Of a stretch of 64,000 nt of DNA, positions 54,349-64,000 are shown piece by piece. Numbering within the stretch: the stretch's first letter is position 1; each line of letters opens with the position of its first letter. Source of the DNA: an uncultured bacterium (GTDB taxonomy: Bacteria; Patescibacteriota; Patescibacteriia; 2-12-FULL-60-25); assembly GCA_937949995.1 (NCBI GenBank), contig CALFEO010000002.1, forward strand, positions 1,090 through 65,089, given 5' to 3'. The notes under the pieces are model-generated. The model did not search any database. It was not told the DNA's origin and saw nothing but the letters and a program-made list of their open reading frames with translations. A program made the position numbers and the translations under genes.

Positions 54349-55920
54349 TTAAGGTTGAAGCTCGTCTTTTTTCTCTTTAGCGAACGTAAACCACTCTTCC
54401 AAAAGCGACAAAAATATTTTATACGGCGCTTCAAAAATAAAATCAAAGAAAAACAAAAAAATATTTATCTTGCTGATGGATAAAGACAACCATCTCCCCG
54501 CCCGCAAAATGGGTATCGAAAAGAAATCAATAACCGATTGTCTTAACGTAACCTTATCGTCAATAACAAAAAATTCTCTGGCATTTAATCTGATTCTGAA
54601 GGCAAAAAAACTTACCAAGCATAAAAAGAACAAAAATATCAAAGTGGAAACCCATGTAAAAGATATGTATTCGAGTATCAAGCTTATCATGCCGAAAGAA
54701 ACCACGAAAGTCAGCATATACACCAAGGTCAACATCAAACTGGCAATGGCGGATCGTTTGATTGGCACCGAAATGACACGCGTCTCCGGCTTAACTTCAT
54801 TTAACAATTCATCCAAAGCGGTCTTGATTCTTGTTGTATTCTCCGGACCCGGAACTCTGATAAATAAACCGACAATAAACATCAACGCCGCCGGAAAAAG
54901 CAAATTTATTATTAACGGTCGATAATGAATTTGCGCGTATAATAACCATTCAACCGGAGCTTCCAAAACCAAAGCTAATACCATTTTGGTTAAAAACAAA
55001 TATATCATGGCTCGAATCGTAGCTCTGCGGACTTTTGTCTTGGTATTTTTATATCTCTCATCGGCAACCATGGCCACTGAATGTTTTAAAGTTTCACTAT
55101 CCTGAAGTAAAGAATTGATATTCTCCGGTTTCTTTAAAATGGCTGTCGACATCATATTTAACGCCACGGACCAAGGTTTGATCACGCGTTGAAACTTCAA
55201 ATTCAACGGATGTCTTAACTGCAACTTGATTCTGCGTTCAACCGCGACCAATCTTTCGGCTATCGGCCTGGGATTATCCATCCAATTTTGCGGAGCCAGC
55301 CACTCAGGCAAGAACGCTCGCAGTAATTTGTAACCCAATATTTCATCATCGGCTTTATTTAATGTCCTGTAGCAAGCCAAGTATGTCTGCAATTGCACTT
55401 CCGAATCATCCATTTGCGAACCTCTGACTTTTACGGATTCATTTATCTTATCGTATAAAAACGACACTAAAGCTTTTTCTCTTGAAGAATCAACCAGCAA
55501 ATCTTCAATCTCAACCGTAACCATGGATCTGACCCAATCCAAATGCGCTTCCGACCCCGCGTTTACATGCGTAATCAATTGCAATTTGTAAATCCTCCAA
55601 GATACATCATCAATAGATGATTGAGGCATTACTCCATTGGGCAAATACCTTGCGCCAATCAATTCCTTAATCAATCTCTCTGCAATCACACGCGGATCTT
55701 TTTCCAATAACAACAGACGTTTTAATATTCGCAATATCGCCGCCTTTCTGATTAAATGCTCATCTTTATAGTCAACCGCATTCCGTATTTTTTCGTAAAT
55801 AAAAGCAAACCGGCTGATAGCCGCATGTACTGTAATATTCTCCTCTCCTTCATGCATTTCTTTGCTTTGTAGAGGGAAAATTTCCATTATTCTCTGAATT
55901 TCACGCTTCGAATAAGCCAT
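54349..55920 (-). CDS. large polytopic membrane protein, unknown function
   Basis: Track start is GTG; ATG 55920 (MAYSKREIQ). Soluble helical N-terminal half and a C-terminal half with ~6 TM helices. Confidence 0.5.
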   Translation of the reverse strand: MAYSKREIQRIMEIFPLQSKEMHEGEENITVHAAISRFAFIYEKIRNAVDYKDEHLIRKAAILRILKRLLLLEKDPRVIAERLIKELIGARYLPNGVMPQSSIDDVSWRIYKLQLITHVNAGSEAHLDWVRSMVTVEIEDLLVDSSREKALVSFLYDKINESVKVRGSQMDDSEVQLQTYLACYRTLNKADDEILGYKLLRAFLPEWLAPQNWMDNPRPIAERLVAVERRIKLQLRHPLNLKFQRVIKPWSVALNMMSTAILKKPENINSLLQDSETLKHSVAMVADERYKNTKTKVRRATIRAMIYLFLTKMVLALVLEAPVEWLLYAQIHYRPLIINLLFPAALMFIVGLFIRVPGPENTTRIKTALDELLNEVKPETRVISVPIKRSAIASLMLTLVYMLTFVVSFGMISLILEYISFTWVSTLIFLFFLCLVSFFAFRIRLNAREFFVIDDKVTLRQSVIDFFSIPILRAGRWLSLSISKINIFLFFFDFIFEAPYKIFLSLLEEWFTFAKEKKDELQP

Positions 55921-56032
55921 AATATTTACTTGCGCTATTAACACTACTGCAAAACTCGCATTTTGACCAGCTCTCAGCCTCTACACAAAAACCGCATTTT
56001 ACATTAATATAACCAAACAGCCTATTTGTTTG

Positions 56033-56077
56033 ACTAGCGGCTAGCAGCTAGTGGCTAGTGGCTAGCAGCTAGTGGCT
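56033..56077. repeat. family D word-repeat
   Basis: actagcggctagcagctagtggctagtggctagcagctagtggc. Confidence 0.7.
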
Positions 56078-56084
56078 TAAAAAT

Positions 56085-56348
56085 ATGTGGCTCGCATTAC
56101 TCATCGCTATATTGATTCTCGGCTTCGCTTTTCTAATCAAACGATTCGAAGAAAACACCCGTGAACTTAAAAAAACCTTTTTTATCATAATCGGTTTATT
56201 TTTTATTTTATACATCGGCGCCACTATTTTTATTTCCTACCGTTTAAACGTTTACAGCGCCGAATCCATTCCCTCGTTACAAAATAATGACAGCATCAAA
56301 ATAATCAACGACTCTTTCCAACCCATCGACCTAACCACAAAACCATGA
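56085..56348 (+). CDS. small 2-TM membrane protein
   Basis: ATG ORF, two hydrophobic helices. Confidence 0.4.
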   Translation: MWLALLIAILILGFAFLIKRFEENTRELKKTFFIIIGLFFILYIGATIFISYRLNVYSAESIPSLQNNDSIKIINDSFQPIDLTTKP

Positions 56349-56486
56349 TAACAACGTAACGCGTTTTTAACGTTTATAACATTCTTAACGGGTTCTGATG
56401 TCTAAATGCTACCGCTAAACTCGTTATAAACTTTATGAACGCTACGAACAAAAATGGTTATAAACTCAACCAGAGGCTGAAATATT

Positions 56487-56912
56487 ATGCAAACCGAACA
56501 CTTCGCAATACAACTCAACAAACAAGAAGCTCTTGAATGTCTTCATGCCTTATTAATGCAAGCATTGGTAGACGAAGAGGTGCGCTCTCAAAAAGGTTTG
56601 GAGCCGCCGGAATTATCATCAATCATCACTCGTCTCATAACCATTTTAGGCTGTACCGATCAAGCTGCGGAAACCGAAACCGACAAGGCCGGTGAAGAAC
56701 TTTGGGAATACAGCTGGTATGCATTTACCAATGAATGGGCTTGGCACCGCGCCAAACAGGATGCCTTGAAGGATCAAAAAACATCAAAGAAAAAGAATCC
56801 GTCGACTTCGGTTGATTATCAAAAAATCGCCGAAAAACTCTACAACACCCGTTTCGAAAAATATGTCGCCGAACTCAATATGAAACCAACCAAAATCAAT
56901 AAACATAAGTAG
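56487..56912 (+). CDS. hypothetical protein
   Basis: ATG with SD agagg; helical, Trp-rich (WEYSWYAFTNEWAWHR). Confidence 0.45.
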   Translation: MQTEHFAIQLNKQEALECLHALLMQALVDEEVRSQKGLEPPELSSIITRLITILGCTDQAAETETDKAGEELWEYSWYAFTNEWAWHRAKQDALKDQKTSKKKNPSTSVDYQKIAEKLYNTRFEKYVAELNMKPTKINKHK

Positions 56913-56974
56913 TAACTTAAAAGCCAAGTCGTAACGACGTAACGTTCATAACGTTTATAACGAGATAAGTAATA

Positions 56975-57228
56975 ATATAGATTAAAGTTCATCAAGACTA
57001 AGTAACAAGTTCATCAAGACTAAAGTTCATCAAGAGCAACCTATGCTTCTCTTGATGAACTTGTTACTTTTAACTTGATAAACTCTTAAGTTGCTCTTGA
57101 TGAACTTGTTGCTTTTAACTTGATAAACTCTTAAGTTACTCTTGATGAACTTGTTGCTTTTAACTTGATAAACTCTTAAGTTGCTCTTGATGAACTTGTT
57201 ACTTTTGACTTGATGAACTTATTCTAAG
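56975..57228. repeat. family A: inverted arms plus a 45-bp tandem array (4 units)
   Basis: Units start at 57049, 57094, 57139 and 57184 (ctcttgatgaacttgttRcttttaacttgataaactcttaagttR). The upstream copies (aaagttcatcaagag) are inverted, giving a 12-bp stem at ~57026-57060. Confidence 0.85.
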
Positions 57229-57780
57229 ATGAAGCCGAAAATCCTCCTCCACGCTTGTTGCGGTGTTTGCAGTGCATTGGTCCCCGAAAGGCTGATGCCT
57301 GATTTTGAAGTTTCCATTTACTACGAAAATTCCAACATTTATCCTTCCGAAGAATTTTACCTCCGTCAAGAAGCTGCTCGTTTCATGGCTGATTCTTTTA
57401 AACTGCCTTTCATCGAAGCCCCTTATGAACCGACCGAATGGTACAAAGCGGTTCGAGGACTTCGTAATGAACCCGAGCGCGGCAAACGTTGCGATAAATG
57501 CATCTTTCATCGCTTGGATAAAACTTTTGAGTTCGCCAAAAACCATGATTTTAATTGTGTAGCCACCACCCTTTCCGTCAGCCGTCGCAAGGATGTTAAT
57601 CAAATCAATAAAATCGGCTATGCATTGGCCGAAAAGTATGGAATTGAATTCATCGGCAAAGATTGGAAAAAACAAGAGGGTGAAAAAATCTCCCAAAAAC
57701 GCGCCAAAGAAGCCGGCATCTACCGCCAAAACTACTGTGGCTGTATCTACTCAAAATTATCCGGTATCTCCGATGATTGA
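57229..57780 (+). CDS. queH: epoxyqueuosine reductase QueH (DUF208)
   Basis: LLHACCGVCS...YYENSNIYP.EEF..R...C..C...R...YCGC pattern. Confidence 0.85.
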   Translation: MKPKILLHACCGVCSALVPERLMPDFEVSIYYENSNIYPSEEFYLRQEAARFMADSFKLPFIEAPYEPTEWYKAVRGLRNEPERGKRCDKCIFHRLDKTFEFAKNHDFNCVATTLSVSRRKDVNQINKIGYALAEKYGIEFIGKDWKKQEGEKISQKRAKEAGIYRQNYCGCIYSKLSGISDD

Positions 57781-57816
57781 AGCTAGCAGCTAGTGGCCAG
57801 CAGCTGGCAGCTCTAG
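57781..57816. repeat. family D word-repeat
   Basis: agctagcagctagtggccagcagctggcagctctag between convergent queH and the L,D-transpeptidase gene. Confidence 0.65.
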
Positions 57817-58745
57817 TAGACAAGCACCGGCACCCCCTCATCCGCCCATCTGTACACCCACTTCATATTATCCAAATTCACATTTACACACCCATGGCTC
57901 ATCGGCCTGCCGAAATTATTATGCCAGTAAGCATAATGAATATAAGTGTGGCGATAAATCAATAAATTATAAGGCACCGGACCCAAATCATAATTTTCCG
58001 GATGATTTAAACCATAGCTCCAAGCATATACAACCACCGGCCTTTTGCTTAAAACACTGTGTAAGCCTTTCTTTGTCCAATAGCCGGTTCTTCCGCTGGA
58101 AATCAAAAAAGTATTGATCAATTTTCCATTCTCATAGGCCCGCAATCTTTGTTCTTTAAGGTTAACGGTAATATGCTTGCCGCTCGTCGTGGAAGCAAAT
58201 TCAGCTTGTGGAAATTCCGCTCCTTTGGGATCCTCAATTACATATTCATAATCCGAATAATGGATGGGATATTCATATAACTGCTTGCTTTCGACTTCAA
58301 TCGCGCCTTTGATGTATTCCAAAATATCCTCTGTCGATTTTAATGCTTGTCTTTTATAAGCTCTTTTTTGTACATGCCAAAGCAATGTCGGGTTGTTTGA
58401 GTCATGCACTATTCCCATCAAACCTATTCTGTACCGTTTTGAAATTTCAACTTCCGTACCGGCCTCGGGAACAGCCAAAATTTCCGGCCATGTTTTAATT
58501 TGAGCTAAACTCAAAAGCCGCTCAAACAACTTATCATCTTTTGCACTGATCTGATATCTCCGCGATTCTACCGGATCTATATACCAAATTCTGCCCGTTT
58601 CTTTTTCTTTAACAAAATCACCTGCCAAATCTCCACTCGAATAAGTCCAAGCCCTGGCTTCGGCTGATTCAACCGCACCGATCAAACCAAACGCAAAAAC
58701 AGCAGTAACGGCAACCGTGATGCTTAAATATCTTGATAACTTCAT
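57813..58745 (-). CDS. L,D-transpeptidase (YkuD domain)
   Basis: ATG 58745 (MKLSRYL, signal/TM). C-terminus: ...RTGYWTKKG...IHYAYWHNNFGRPMSHGCVNV. Confidence 0.8.
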   Translation of the reverse strand: MKLSRYLSITVAVTAVFAFGLIGAVESAEARAWTYSSGDLAGDFVKEKETGRIWYIDPVESRRYQISAKDDKLFERLLSLAQIKTWPEILAVPEAGTEVEISKRYRIGLMGIVHDSNNPTLLWHVQKRAYKRQALKSTEDILEYIKGAIEVESKQLYEYPIHYSDYEYVIEDPKGAEFPQAEFASTTSGKHITVNLKEQRLRAYENGKLINTFLISSGRTGYWTKKGLHSVLSKRPVVVYAWSYGLNHPENYDLGPVPYNLLIYRHTYIHYAYWHNNFGRPMSHGCVNVNLDNMKWVYRWADEGVPVLVY

Positions 58746-58921
58746 ATTGCCGATATTATACAAAAAGACATTGCCGCTGTCTAATAAACAATAGCTTAAT
58801 AATAAAACAATAATCAATCATCTGGACAATTAACATATCTTATTGTACAATTCCGCCCGTCTTAATTCTTAAACAACAAAATTAATCATTAATCGGTCTT
58901 TTCAACTTTGTTGGAAAAAAT

Positions 58922-60334
58922 ATGAACAAAAAACTCTTTTTGTTATCAATTTTTGCATTATTTATACCATTTGCCGTTCGAGCCGCGGAGCATGCTTCAA
59001 ACGGATCCGACGCGCACGGAACCAGCCACGCTGTTATAGCGCTTGCATTTGTTTCTCTGGTTGTCGTATTGGCTAAAATGGCCGGTTCAATCGCGGAAAA
59101 ATTCAACCAAGTCTCAGTTCTGGGCGAATTACTGTTGGGCGTTTTATTGGGTATTCCTGTTTTATTCGGCATCTATTTTTTCGATAATTTCAAAACCGAC
59201 GAATTAGTGCTTTTATTTTCCGAATTTGCCGTAATTCTCTTACTGTTCCAAACCGGCCTTGAATCCGATTTACACAAAATGAGCAAAGTCGGGGTACCCG
59301 CCATGCTGGTGGCTGTTATCGGCGTGATAGCACCCTTCCTCTTGGGCATGTATGTTGTCGGCCCTTGGCTGATGCCCGGATTATCAACCAACGCCTACTT
59401 GTTCTTGGGTGCAACCTTAACCGCTACTTCCGTTGGTATTACGGCGCGCGTTTTCAAGGATCTTAAAATGCTTCAATCGCGCAATTCGCAAATAGTATTG
59501 GGTGCGGCGGTGATTGACGATGTTTTGGGTTTGTTGATTTTAGCTGTTGTTGCGGCCATGGTTACCGCCGGTCATGTCAGTGCCGGTCAAGTAGCTTGGA
59601 TTGCCGGCAAAGCCATTGTCTTCCTGGGTCTATCAATCGCTCTCGGCCGAGTCTTGGCGCCTCATATCGGCACCGTCCTTTCAAAAGTTAGAGCAGATAT
59701 AGGCATGAAAATGGCCATGGCTCTATTATTTTGCTTGGGCTATGCATATCTCGCCACTTTGGTTGGATTGGCGCCCATAGTCGGTGCTTTTGCGGCCGGT
59801 TTATTGCTGGACCCTGTCCATTTTCACCGCTTCCGCTCCCCTCGCCTTATTCGCGACATCGAATCATCCATTGAAAAATGCCAAGAGCAAGATACTAAAG
59901 CTTGTTTACTTGAAGCTGTCGAAAAACACCGTCATCGACATATTGAAGATCTTATCGAAGGTATCGCCCAATGGATAGTTCCCGTCTTCTTTGTCATCAC
60001 CGGCCTGCAAGTCAATCTTTCGGTTTTGGCCAATGTCAATGTTTTATTGGTTGCTTTGGGCCTAACCGTGGCCGCCATAATCGGAAAACTCGTGGCCGGT
60101 TTCGCGGCAGGCAAAGGAACAAGCTGGCTGGCGGTTGGCGTTGGCATGATACCCCGCGGCGAAGTGGGCTTAATCTTCGCCAATGTGGGCAAAGCCTTGG
60201 GAGTGGTCAACGATGAGGCTTTTGCCGCCATTGTCATCATGATAATTATTACCACAATCTTTACTCCCATGGTTTTGCCGATGGTCGCCAGAATGAATTC
60301 CAAAAAACCCGCCGAGCAAACCGCATCCGCATAA
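58922..60334 (+). CDS. cation:proton antiporter (CPA2/Kef-type Na+/H+ exchanger family)
   Basis: ~12 TM helices; LLLFQTGLESD and ATSVGITARV motifs. Confidence 0.85.
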   Translation: MNKKLFLLSIFALFIPFAVRAAEHASNGSDAHGTSHAVIALAFVSLVVVLAKMAGSIAEKFNQVSVLGELLLGVLLGIPVLFGIYFFDNFKTDELVLLFSEFAVILLLFQTGLESDLHKMSKVGVPAMLVAVIGVIAPFLLGMYVVGPWLMPGLSTNAYLFLGATLTATSVGITARVFKDLKMLQSRNSQIVLGAAVIDDVLGLLILAVVAAMVTAGHVSAGQVAWIAGKAIVFLGLSIALGRVLAPHIGTVLSKVRADIGMKMAMALLFCLGYAYLATLVGLAPIVGAFAAGLLLDPVHFHRFRSPRLIRDIESSIEKCQEQDTKACLLEAVEKHRHRHIEDLIEGIAQWIVPVFFVITGLQVNLSVLANVNVLLVALGLTVAAIIGKLVAGFAAGKGTSWLAVGVGMIPRGEVGLIFANVGKALGVVNDEAFAAIVIMIIITTIFTPMVLPMVARMNSKKPAEQTASA

Positions 60335-60420
60335 CAAAAAAATGATCGGAACAAAAATCCCCGCATACCGGGGATTTTAATTTAATTAATGCTTCTCGAG
60401 CTATTGACATTATCTCAATT

Positions 60421-60560
60421 ATAAGTTCATCAAGTTTAAAGTTCATCAAGAGAAGCTTAAGTAACTCTTGATGAACTTTAGACTTTCAACTTGATGAACT
60501 ACTTTTGTTACTCTTGACGAACTTTTTACTTTTAACTTGATGAACTTATTATTCCCGCGC
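60421..60560. repeat. family A word-repeat hairpin
   Basis: aagttcatcaag x2, then ctcttgatgaact, cttgatgaact, ctcttgacgaact, cttgatgaact. Confidence 0.7.
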
Positions 60561-60563
60561 CGT

Positions 60564-61274
60564 TCAAAAATTAATTTGTTTAATCTTCTCAAAAAGAGGC
60601 TGATACAAATCTTCTTTAACATCAATATCCAATTCATGTTTATTGATTTTATCGGTAAACAGAACTTCCGCGCCCGATATTAAGGCCAATGGCCTCTGTT
60701 CCGCCACTTCTCCCATGCACAATACCGCGCCCATAGCCAAACTATCCGCAACATCAACGCGCGAATATTTGATAATTCTGCCAAAAATATCTTTTTTACC
60801 GATATAATTGCGCACGCCCTTAAATCCGGCGTAGCCCAGAGAAACCCCCACAATACCCGCCCTAAGAGGCAAATATCTGCTGTCGGTAATCAAAACACCC
60901 AATTTCGTTAATCTGTGCTTAGCAATTAGATACTTACGAATTTGATGCGCCGTCTTATAACTGTCTTTCGGCAATAAAATCGTCATTCCATTGGCATTGG
61001 AGCGATCCAACCCGGCCGAAGACATCACGGTATTATCCTTGATTGTTAACCAAGTATACTTGGTCTTCATGGCATATTGACTTTCGGCTTTAATAACTTT
61101 CACTCTTTGATTTTCATCATCGATCCGCATCACTCTTCCCTCAGCCAATGCCGCAATTTTCGAAGTTATTACAATAATATCCCCATCATTGATTTTTTTA
61201 ATGTTTTTCGTGATAAAATCAATCAAACTTTCATTAGCTTTAAAAACACCTGTCTTAATAGCCTGTATTTTCAT
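60564..61274 (-). CDS. CofE-like (F420-0:gamma-glutamyl ligase fold) protein, copy 2
   Basis: VITSKIAALAEGRV...LLPKDS...ITDSRYLPLRAGIVGVSLGYAGF. Confidence 0.65.
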   Translation of the reverse strand: MKIQAIKTGVFKANESLIDFITKNIKKINDGDIIVITSKIAALAEGRVMRIDDENQRVKVIKAESQYAMKTKYTWLTIKDNTVMSSAGLDRSNANGMTILLPKDSYKTAHQIRKYLIAKHRLTKLGVLITDSRYLPLRAGIVGVSLGYAGFKGVRNYIGKKDIFGRIIKYSRVDVADSLAMGAVLCMGEVAEQRPLALISGAEVLFTDKINKHELDIDVKEDLYQPLFEKIKQINF

Positions 61275-62008
61275 ATTTCAAAATGTCTTTTGCCTTTTAT
61301 CAATCTGATTTTTTTTATTTTTTCAAACAGTGGTTGATATCGATCATCCTTCACATCAATCAACAGTTCTTTCTTATTGATTTTGTCAATAAATTTAACC
61401 TCGGCATCTTCAATTATCGCCAACGGACGCCTTTCAGACCCTTCGCCCATGGCTAAAACCGCAATCCCCGCCAAACTATCGGCGACATCGGTTCGGGCTG
61501 ATTTTATGGGTCTGCCAAAAATATCATTTTTACCTTTATGAAATTCCAAACCCCTAAAACCGGCATAACCCAAAGCCACACCGGTAATACCGGCTCTAAG
61601 AGGCAGTAAACGACTGTCAGTGATAATAACTCCGATTTTTTTCAACTTATACCGCTTCATCAATTTTTTACGCAATTCAGCCGCCGTTTGGAAACTGTCT
61701 TTCGGCAATAAAATCAATTTACCCTGCGCATTGGATTCATCCACTCCCGCTGCCGACATAACCATTCCTTCACGAATTGTAAGCCAAGCATATTTTGTAC
61801 GCATGGCGTATTGACTCTCTTGTTTTATAATCTTTTCTTTAGTGAATTCATCCGTTATCAACACCGTGCGCCTTTCCGCCAGAGAAACAATTTTTTGTGT
61901 TACAGCCAATATCGACCCTTCTTTGATTGTTTTTATATTTGATTCAATAAAAAAAGCCAAATCATCGCCTTCTTTAAAAATATTGGTCTTTATGGGCATT
62001 ATTATCAT
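61271..62008 (-). CDS. CofE-like (F420-0:gamma-glutamyl ligase fold) protein, copy 1
   Basis: Paralog of 60564..61274 (AVTQKIVSLAERR...LLPKDS...ITDSRLLPLRAGITGVALGYAGF). The stop overlaps the downstream start. Confidence 0.65.
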   Translation of the reverse strand: MIIMPIKTNIFKEGDDLAFFIESNIKTIKEGSILAVTQKIVSLAERRTVLITDEFTKEKIIKQESQYAMRTKYAWLTIREGMVMSAAGVDESNAQGKLILLPKDSFQTAAELRKKLMKRYKLKKIGVIITDSRLLPLRAGITGVALGYAGFRGLEFHKGKNDIFGRPIKSARTDVADSLAGIAVLAMGEGSERRPLAIIEDAEVKFIDKINKKELLIDVKDDRYQPLFEKIKKIRLIKGKRHFEI

Positions 62009-62053
62009 TAAGTATAATTAGACCCTTTTATAAAAATACTGTCAATCAGTCAT

Positions 62054-63406
62054 TTAAGCAAACAACAGCAGTGTCGTAAAACCTATTACAAACAATGTGT
62101 GCGCAATAACCGAAACTCGCTGAACATGAACCTTGATCAAAATCTTCATCAACAGAGCCGCCAGTAAAAACATTATCACGTAAACATAGACCCTTTTAAC
62201 CTTATCATTCAAATTATCAATACTGAAAAAACCAAACAATTTCATTTCTTTGGATTTAGCCTCGCTGAAGATAAAGAAATCCTGTACTGATAAATCGGGC
62301 GCAACTATTACCGCCGGCTGTACACTCGTACCTCCTTGTTCATCCCTAATCACCACCTGCATCGACTCACCGTTTTTATTATAATGTGATGACCCGGCAA
62401 TCTCACCCTTCCAAACTTCTTCACCTGTTTCCTTTTTCAGATCCACCCACTCTGAACCCATTTGCACCGCAACGGTTTTCGCGTCATCGGTTGCAACCGT
62501 AACTTCATATGTTCCTTTTTCCACTTTGGGAGTTACTTGCGTTTGAACCTTCTCCGTCACATCCACTTTAGCAATAACATCGCTTTCTTCTCCAAAACTG
62601 ATACTTTCCGATGGCGGAACACTGTCATCTGTGGCTGAATTTATTAAAACCTTTTCCATCTGTATTTGTTCTTCCTCGTTTTGTTTCAGAACCGTTACAC
62701 CTGTGGTTGTATTTTCCGTTGGATCCGTTTGATTGATTGTCGTGGGCGCCACTAAAGATTCTACCGGTGGATCCGGTTCTTTGGGTCTGCCAAAAAACTG
62801 CACTACAATCGTTGATGGATAACCGTCATATTCACCGTTAACAACCCCCACACCTATTTCCGTAAATTCCGCTTTCACTATATTGGCTCTATGAGTCGGA
62901 CTCGCCAACCATCCATCATGTACTCCTTCGGCGGTTGTGTAATGAATTGCCAAATTTTCGCCGGCTTTTTCGTAAGCATAACCTTGCGAGCGAATAAAAT
63001 ACCAAGGAGTCAAACCCTCTGGGCTATTATGGGCAAAATATTGCTTATCAAGCATGTCTTTGGCTTTGGCTTGAGCCGCGGCCGTCAACTTTCCATTCTG
63101 TGTCAAACTCGGCAACCCCAGATTTGTACGAGTTTGATTGGTCAGCATGATAACATTTCCCGCCGTAATGGAACTTGAATACAAACTTGCCGATGGCAGA
63201 GCGATTGGAGCCGTAACCGCCAAAATCTTTAATAGCAAAATAATTACACTATAACCCAAAAGCACGTTATGTTTTAAAACGTGTGGAACATGATTATTGC
63301 CTTCGTGAGGGATAAAATGATCCCAAAAATGCTTATGAACTCGCCTCACGACTCTAACTGCAATTTGTCTTTTTCTTTTCCCCGCAACCTTTTTCTTAGC
63401 CTTCAT
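62054..63406 (-). CDS. membrane-anchored CAP/SCP-domain protein
   Basis: Track start is TTG; ATG 63406 (MKAKKK). Basic N-terminus, TM helix, CAP domain (YFAHNSPEG.TPW...AGENLA...GW..S..H..N), C-terminal TM helix. Confidence 0.7.
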   Translation of the reverse strand: MKAKKKVAGKRKRQIAVRVVRRVHKHFWDHFIPHEGNNHVPHVLKHNVLLGYSVIILLLKILAVTAPIALPSASLYSSSITAGNVIMLTNQTRTNLGLPSLTQNGKLTAAAQAKAKDMLDKQYFAHNSPEGLTPWYFIRSQGYAYEKAGENLAIHYTTAEGVHDGWLASPTHRANIVKAEFTEIGVGVVNGEYDGYPSTIVVQFFGRPKEPDPPVESLVAPTTINQTDPTENTTTGVTVLKQNEEEQIQMEKVLINSATDDSVPPSESISFGEESDVIAKVDVTEKVQTQVTPKVEKGTYEVTVATDDAKTVAVQMGSEWVDLKKETGEEVWKGEIAGSSHYNKNGESMQVVIRDEQGGTSVQPAVIVAPDLSVQDFFIFSEAKSKEMKLFGFFSIDNLNDKVKRVYVYVIMFLLAALLMKILIKVHVQRVSVIAHTLFVIGFTTLLLFA

Positions 63407-63414
63407 AAACCGCA

Positions 63415-63461
63415 AACATTATAACATAAACACCAAAAGTCGTAACGTCACAACAGATGAG
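63415..63461 (-). promoter_or_regulatory. conserved 47-nt promoter module (copy 2)
   Basis: See 49410-49456. TATAAT on the minus strand lies ~10 nt before ATG 63406. Confidence 0.5.
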
Positions 63462-63588
63462 TACATCAAGTTAAAAGTAAAAAGTTCGTCAAGAGTAACT
63501 TGAGTAACTCTTGACTTGTCCCGCGAAGCCTTTGAGGCGTAGTGGGATGAACTTTAAACTTGATAAACTTTAAACTGTGTTAGATAAG
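63456..63588. repeat. family A word-repeat region
   Basis: gagtacatcaag, gttcgtcaagag, ctcttgac, gatgaactttaaacttgataaact. Confidence 0.6.
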
Positions 63589-64000
63589 TTATCTCCTTCT
63601 CTGTCTTGCTCTTCTTGGTTTTGATACTCTTCTTTCCGGTGCTGCGGACTGTGTTACCGGCAAATCAGGCACGGTTGAAACCGGCAAATACGAACGAGTA
63701 AACGCTTCAATCGCCTCAACTTCTTTACGCTGATCAGGCGAAGCTATGGAAATGGCTCTCCCTTCTTCACCGGCACGCCCGGTTCGTCCTATACGATGAA
63801 CATAATCCTCGGCATGTTCCGGCAAATCATAATTTACAACCAGCTCGATTCCTTTTACATCCAATCCGCGCGCCGCGATATCCGTGGCGACCAAAACCCT
63901 ATATTTACCGCTTTTAAACCCATCCAATGCCTCTCTTCTTTGAGCTAATGATCTGTCTGAATGTATTTCCGCCGCCGTATGATGTATTTTTTTCAAAACT
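63589..64000 (-). CDS. DEAD-box RNA helicase, C-terminal part (gene continues beyond the window)
   Basis: HSDRSLAQRREALDGFKSGKYRVLVATDIAARGLDV...VVNYDLP...YVHRIGRTGRAG (motifs V and VI), basic tail. Confidence 0.85.
   Translation of the reverse strand, partial: VLKKIHHTAAEIHSDRSLAQRREALDGFKSGKYRVLVATDIAARGLDVKGIELVVNYDLPEHAEDYVHRIGRTGRAGEEGRAISIASPDQRKEVEAIEAFTRSYLPVSTVPDLPVTQSAAPERRVSKPRRARQRRR

Noticed and set aside
57049-57228. Possible CRISPR array
   Set aside because: The 45-bp units are contiguous with no unique spacers, no cas genes are nearby, and the units belong to the host family A word repeats.

Overview
The window is a bacterial chromosome segment interrupted by a ~31.5 kb siphovirus-type prophage (6571-38084).

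Host flanks:
- Left (1-6.5 kb): rmuC, a SanA/DUF218-like gene, an AlkD-like alkylation repair gene, a CPBP protease and a secreted protein.
- Right (38.4-64 kb): ftsQ-like, FemAB-like, DegT aminotransferase, transglutaminase-like, serS, greA, PBP2-mreD-mreC-mreB, a DUF721 protein, a UvrD-type helicase-nuclease, tgt, queH, an L,D-transpeptidase, a cation/H+ antiporter, two tandem CofE-like genes, a CAP-domain protein and a partial DEAD-box helicase.
- The gene content and near-leaderless promoters fit a small-genome uncultivated lineage, possibly Patescibacteria/CPR-like. This is low-confidence inference only.

Prophage:
- Every gene is on the + strand. The order is Erf recombinase, a replication initiator with embedded iterons, HNH, a tRNA(CAU), TerS/TerL, a portal-MuF fusion, S78 protease, HK97-type capsid, connectors and major tail protein.
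- Next comes a block of secreted or anchored proteins plus the lysis cassette (XhlA-like, holin, Amidase_3).
- After that come a tail chaperone with a textbook -1 frameshift signal, the tape measure, a membrane-protein moron, and distal tail/fibre genes.

Most notable observations:
1. No integrase or repressor is recognisable between the 18-bp direct repeats.
2. Two 0.6-0.7 kb ORF-poor, hairpin-dense gaps sit inside the structural region and carry promoter/terminator-delimited structured RNAs.
3. The phage tRNA-Met mixes initiator-like and elongator-like features and has an atypical elbow.
4. Two N-terminally anchored fibre-like proteins share a Cys-bracketed C-terminal module ending in CN.
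5. Host intergenic spacers are built from several families of short reiterated words arranged as long inverted repeats. These families are absent from the prophage.

No rRNA, CRISPR array, reverse transcriptase or transposase was recognised. The ORF track uses TTG/GTG starts, so several starts were moved to the first plausible ATG.
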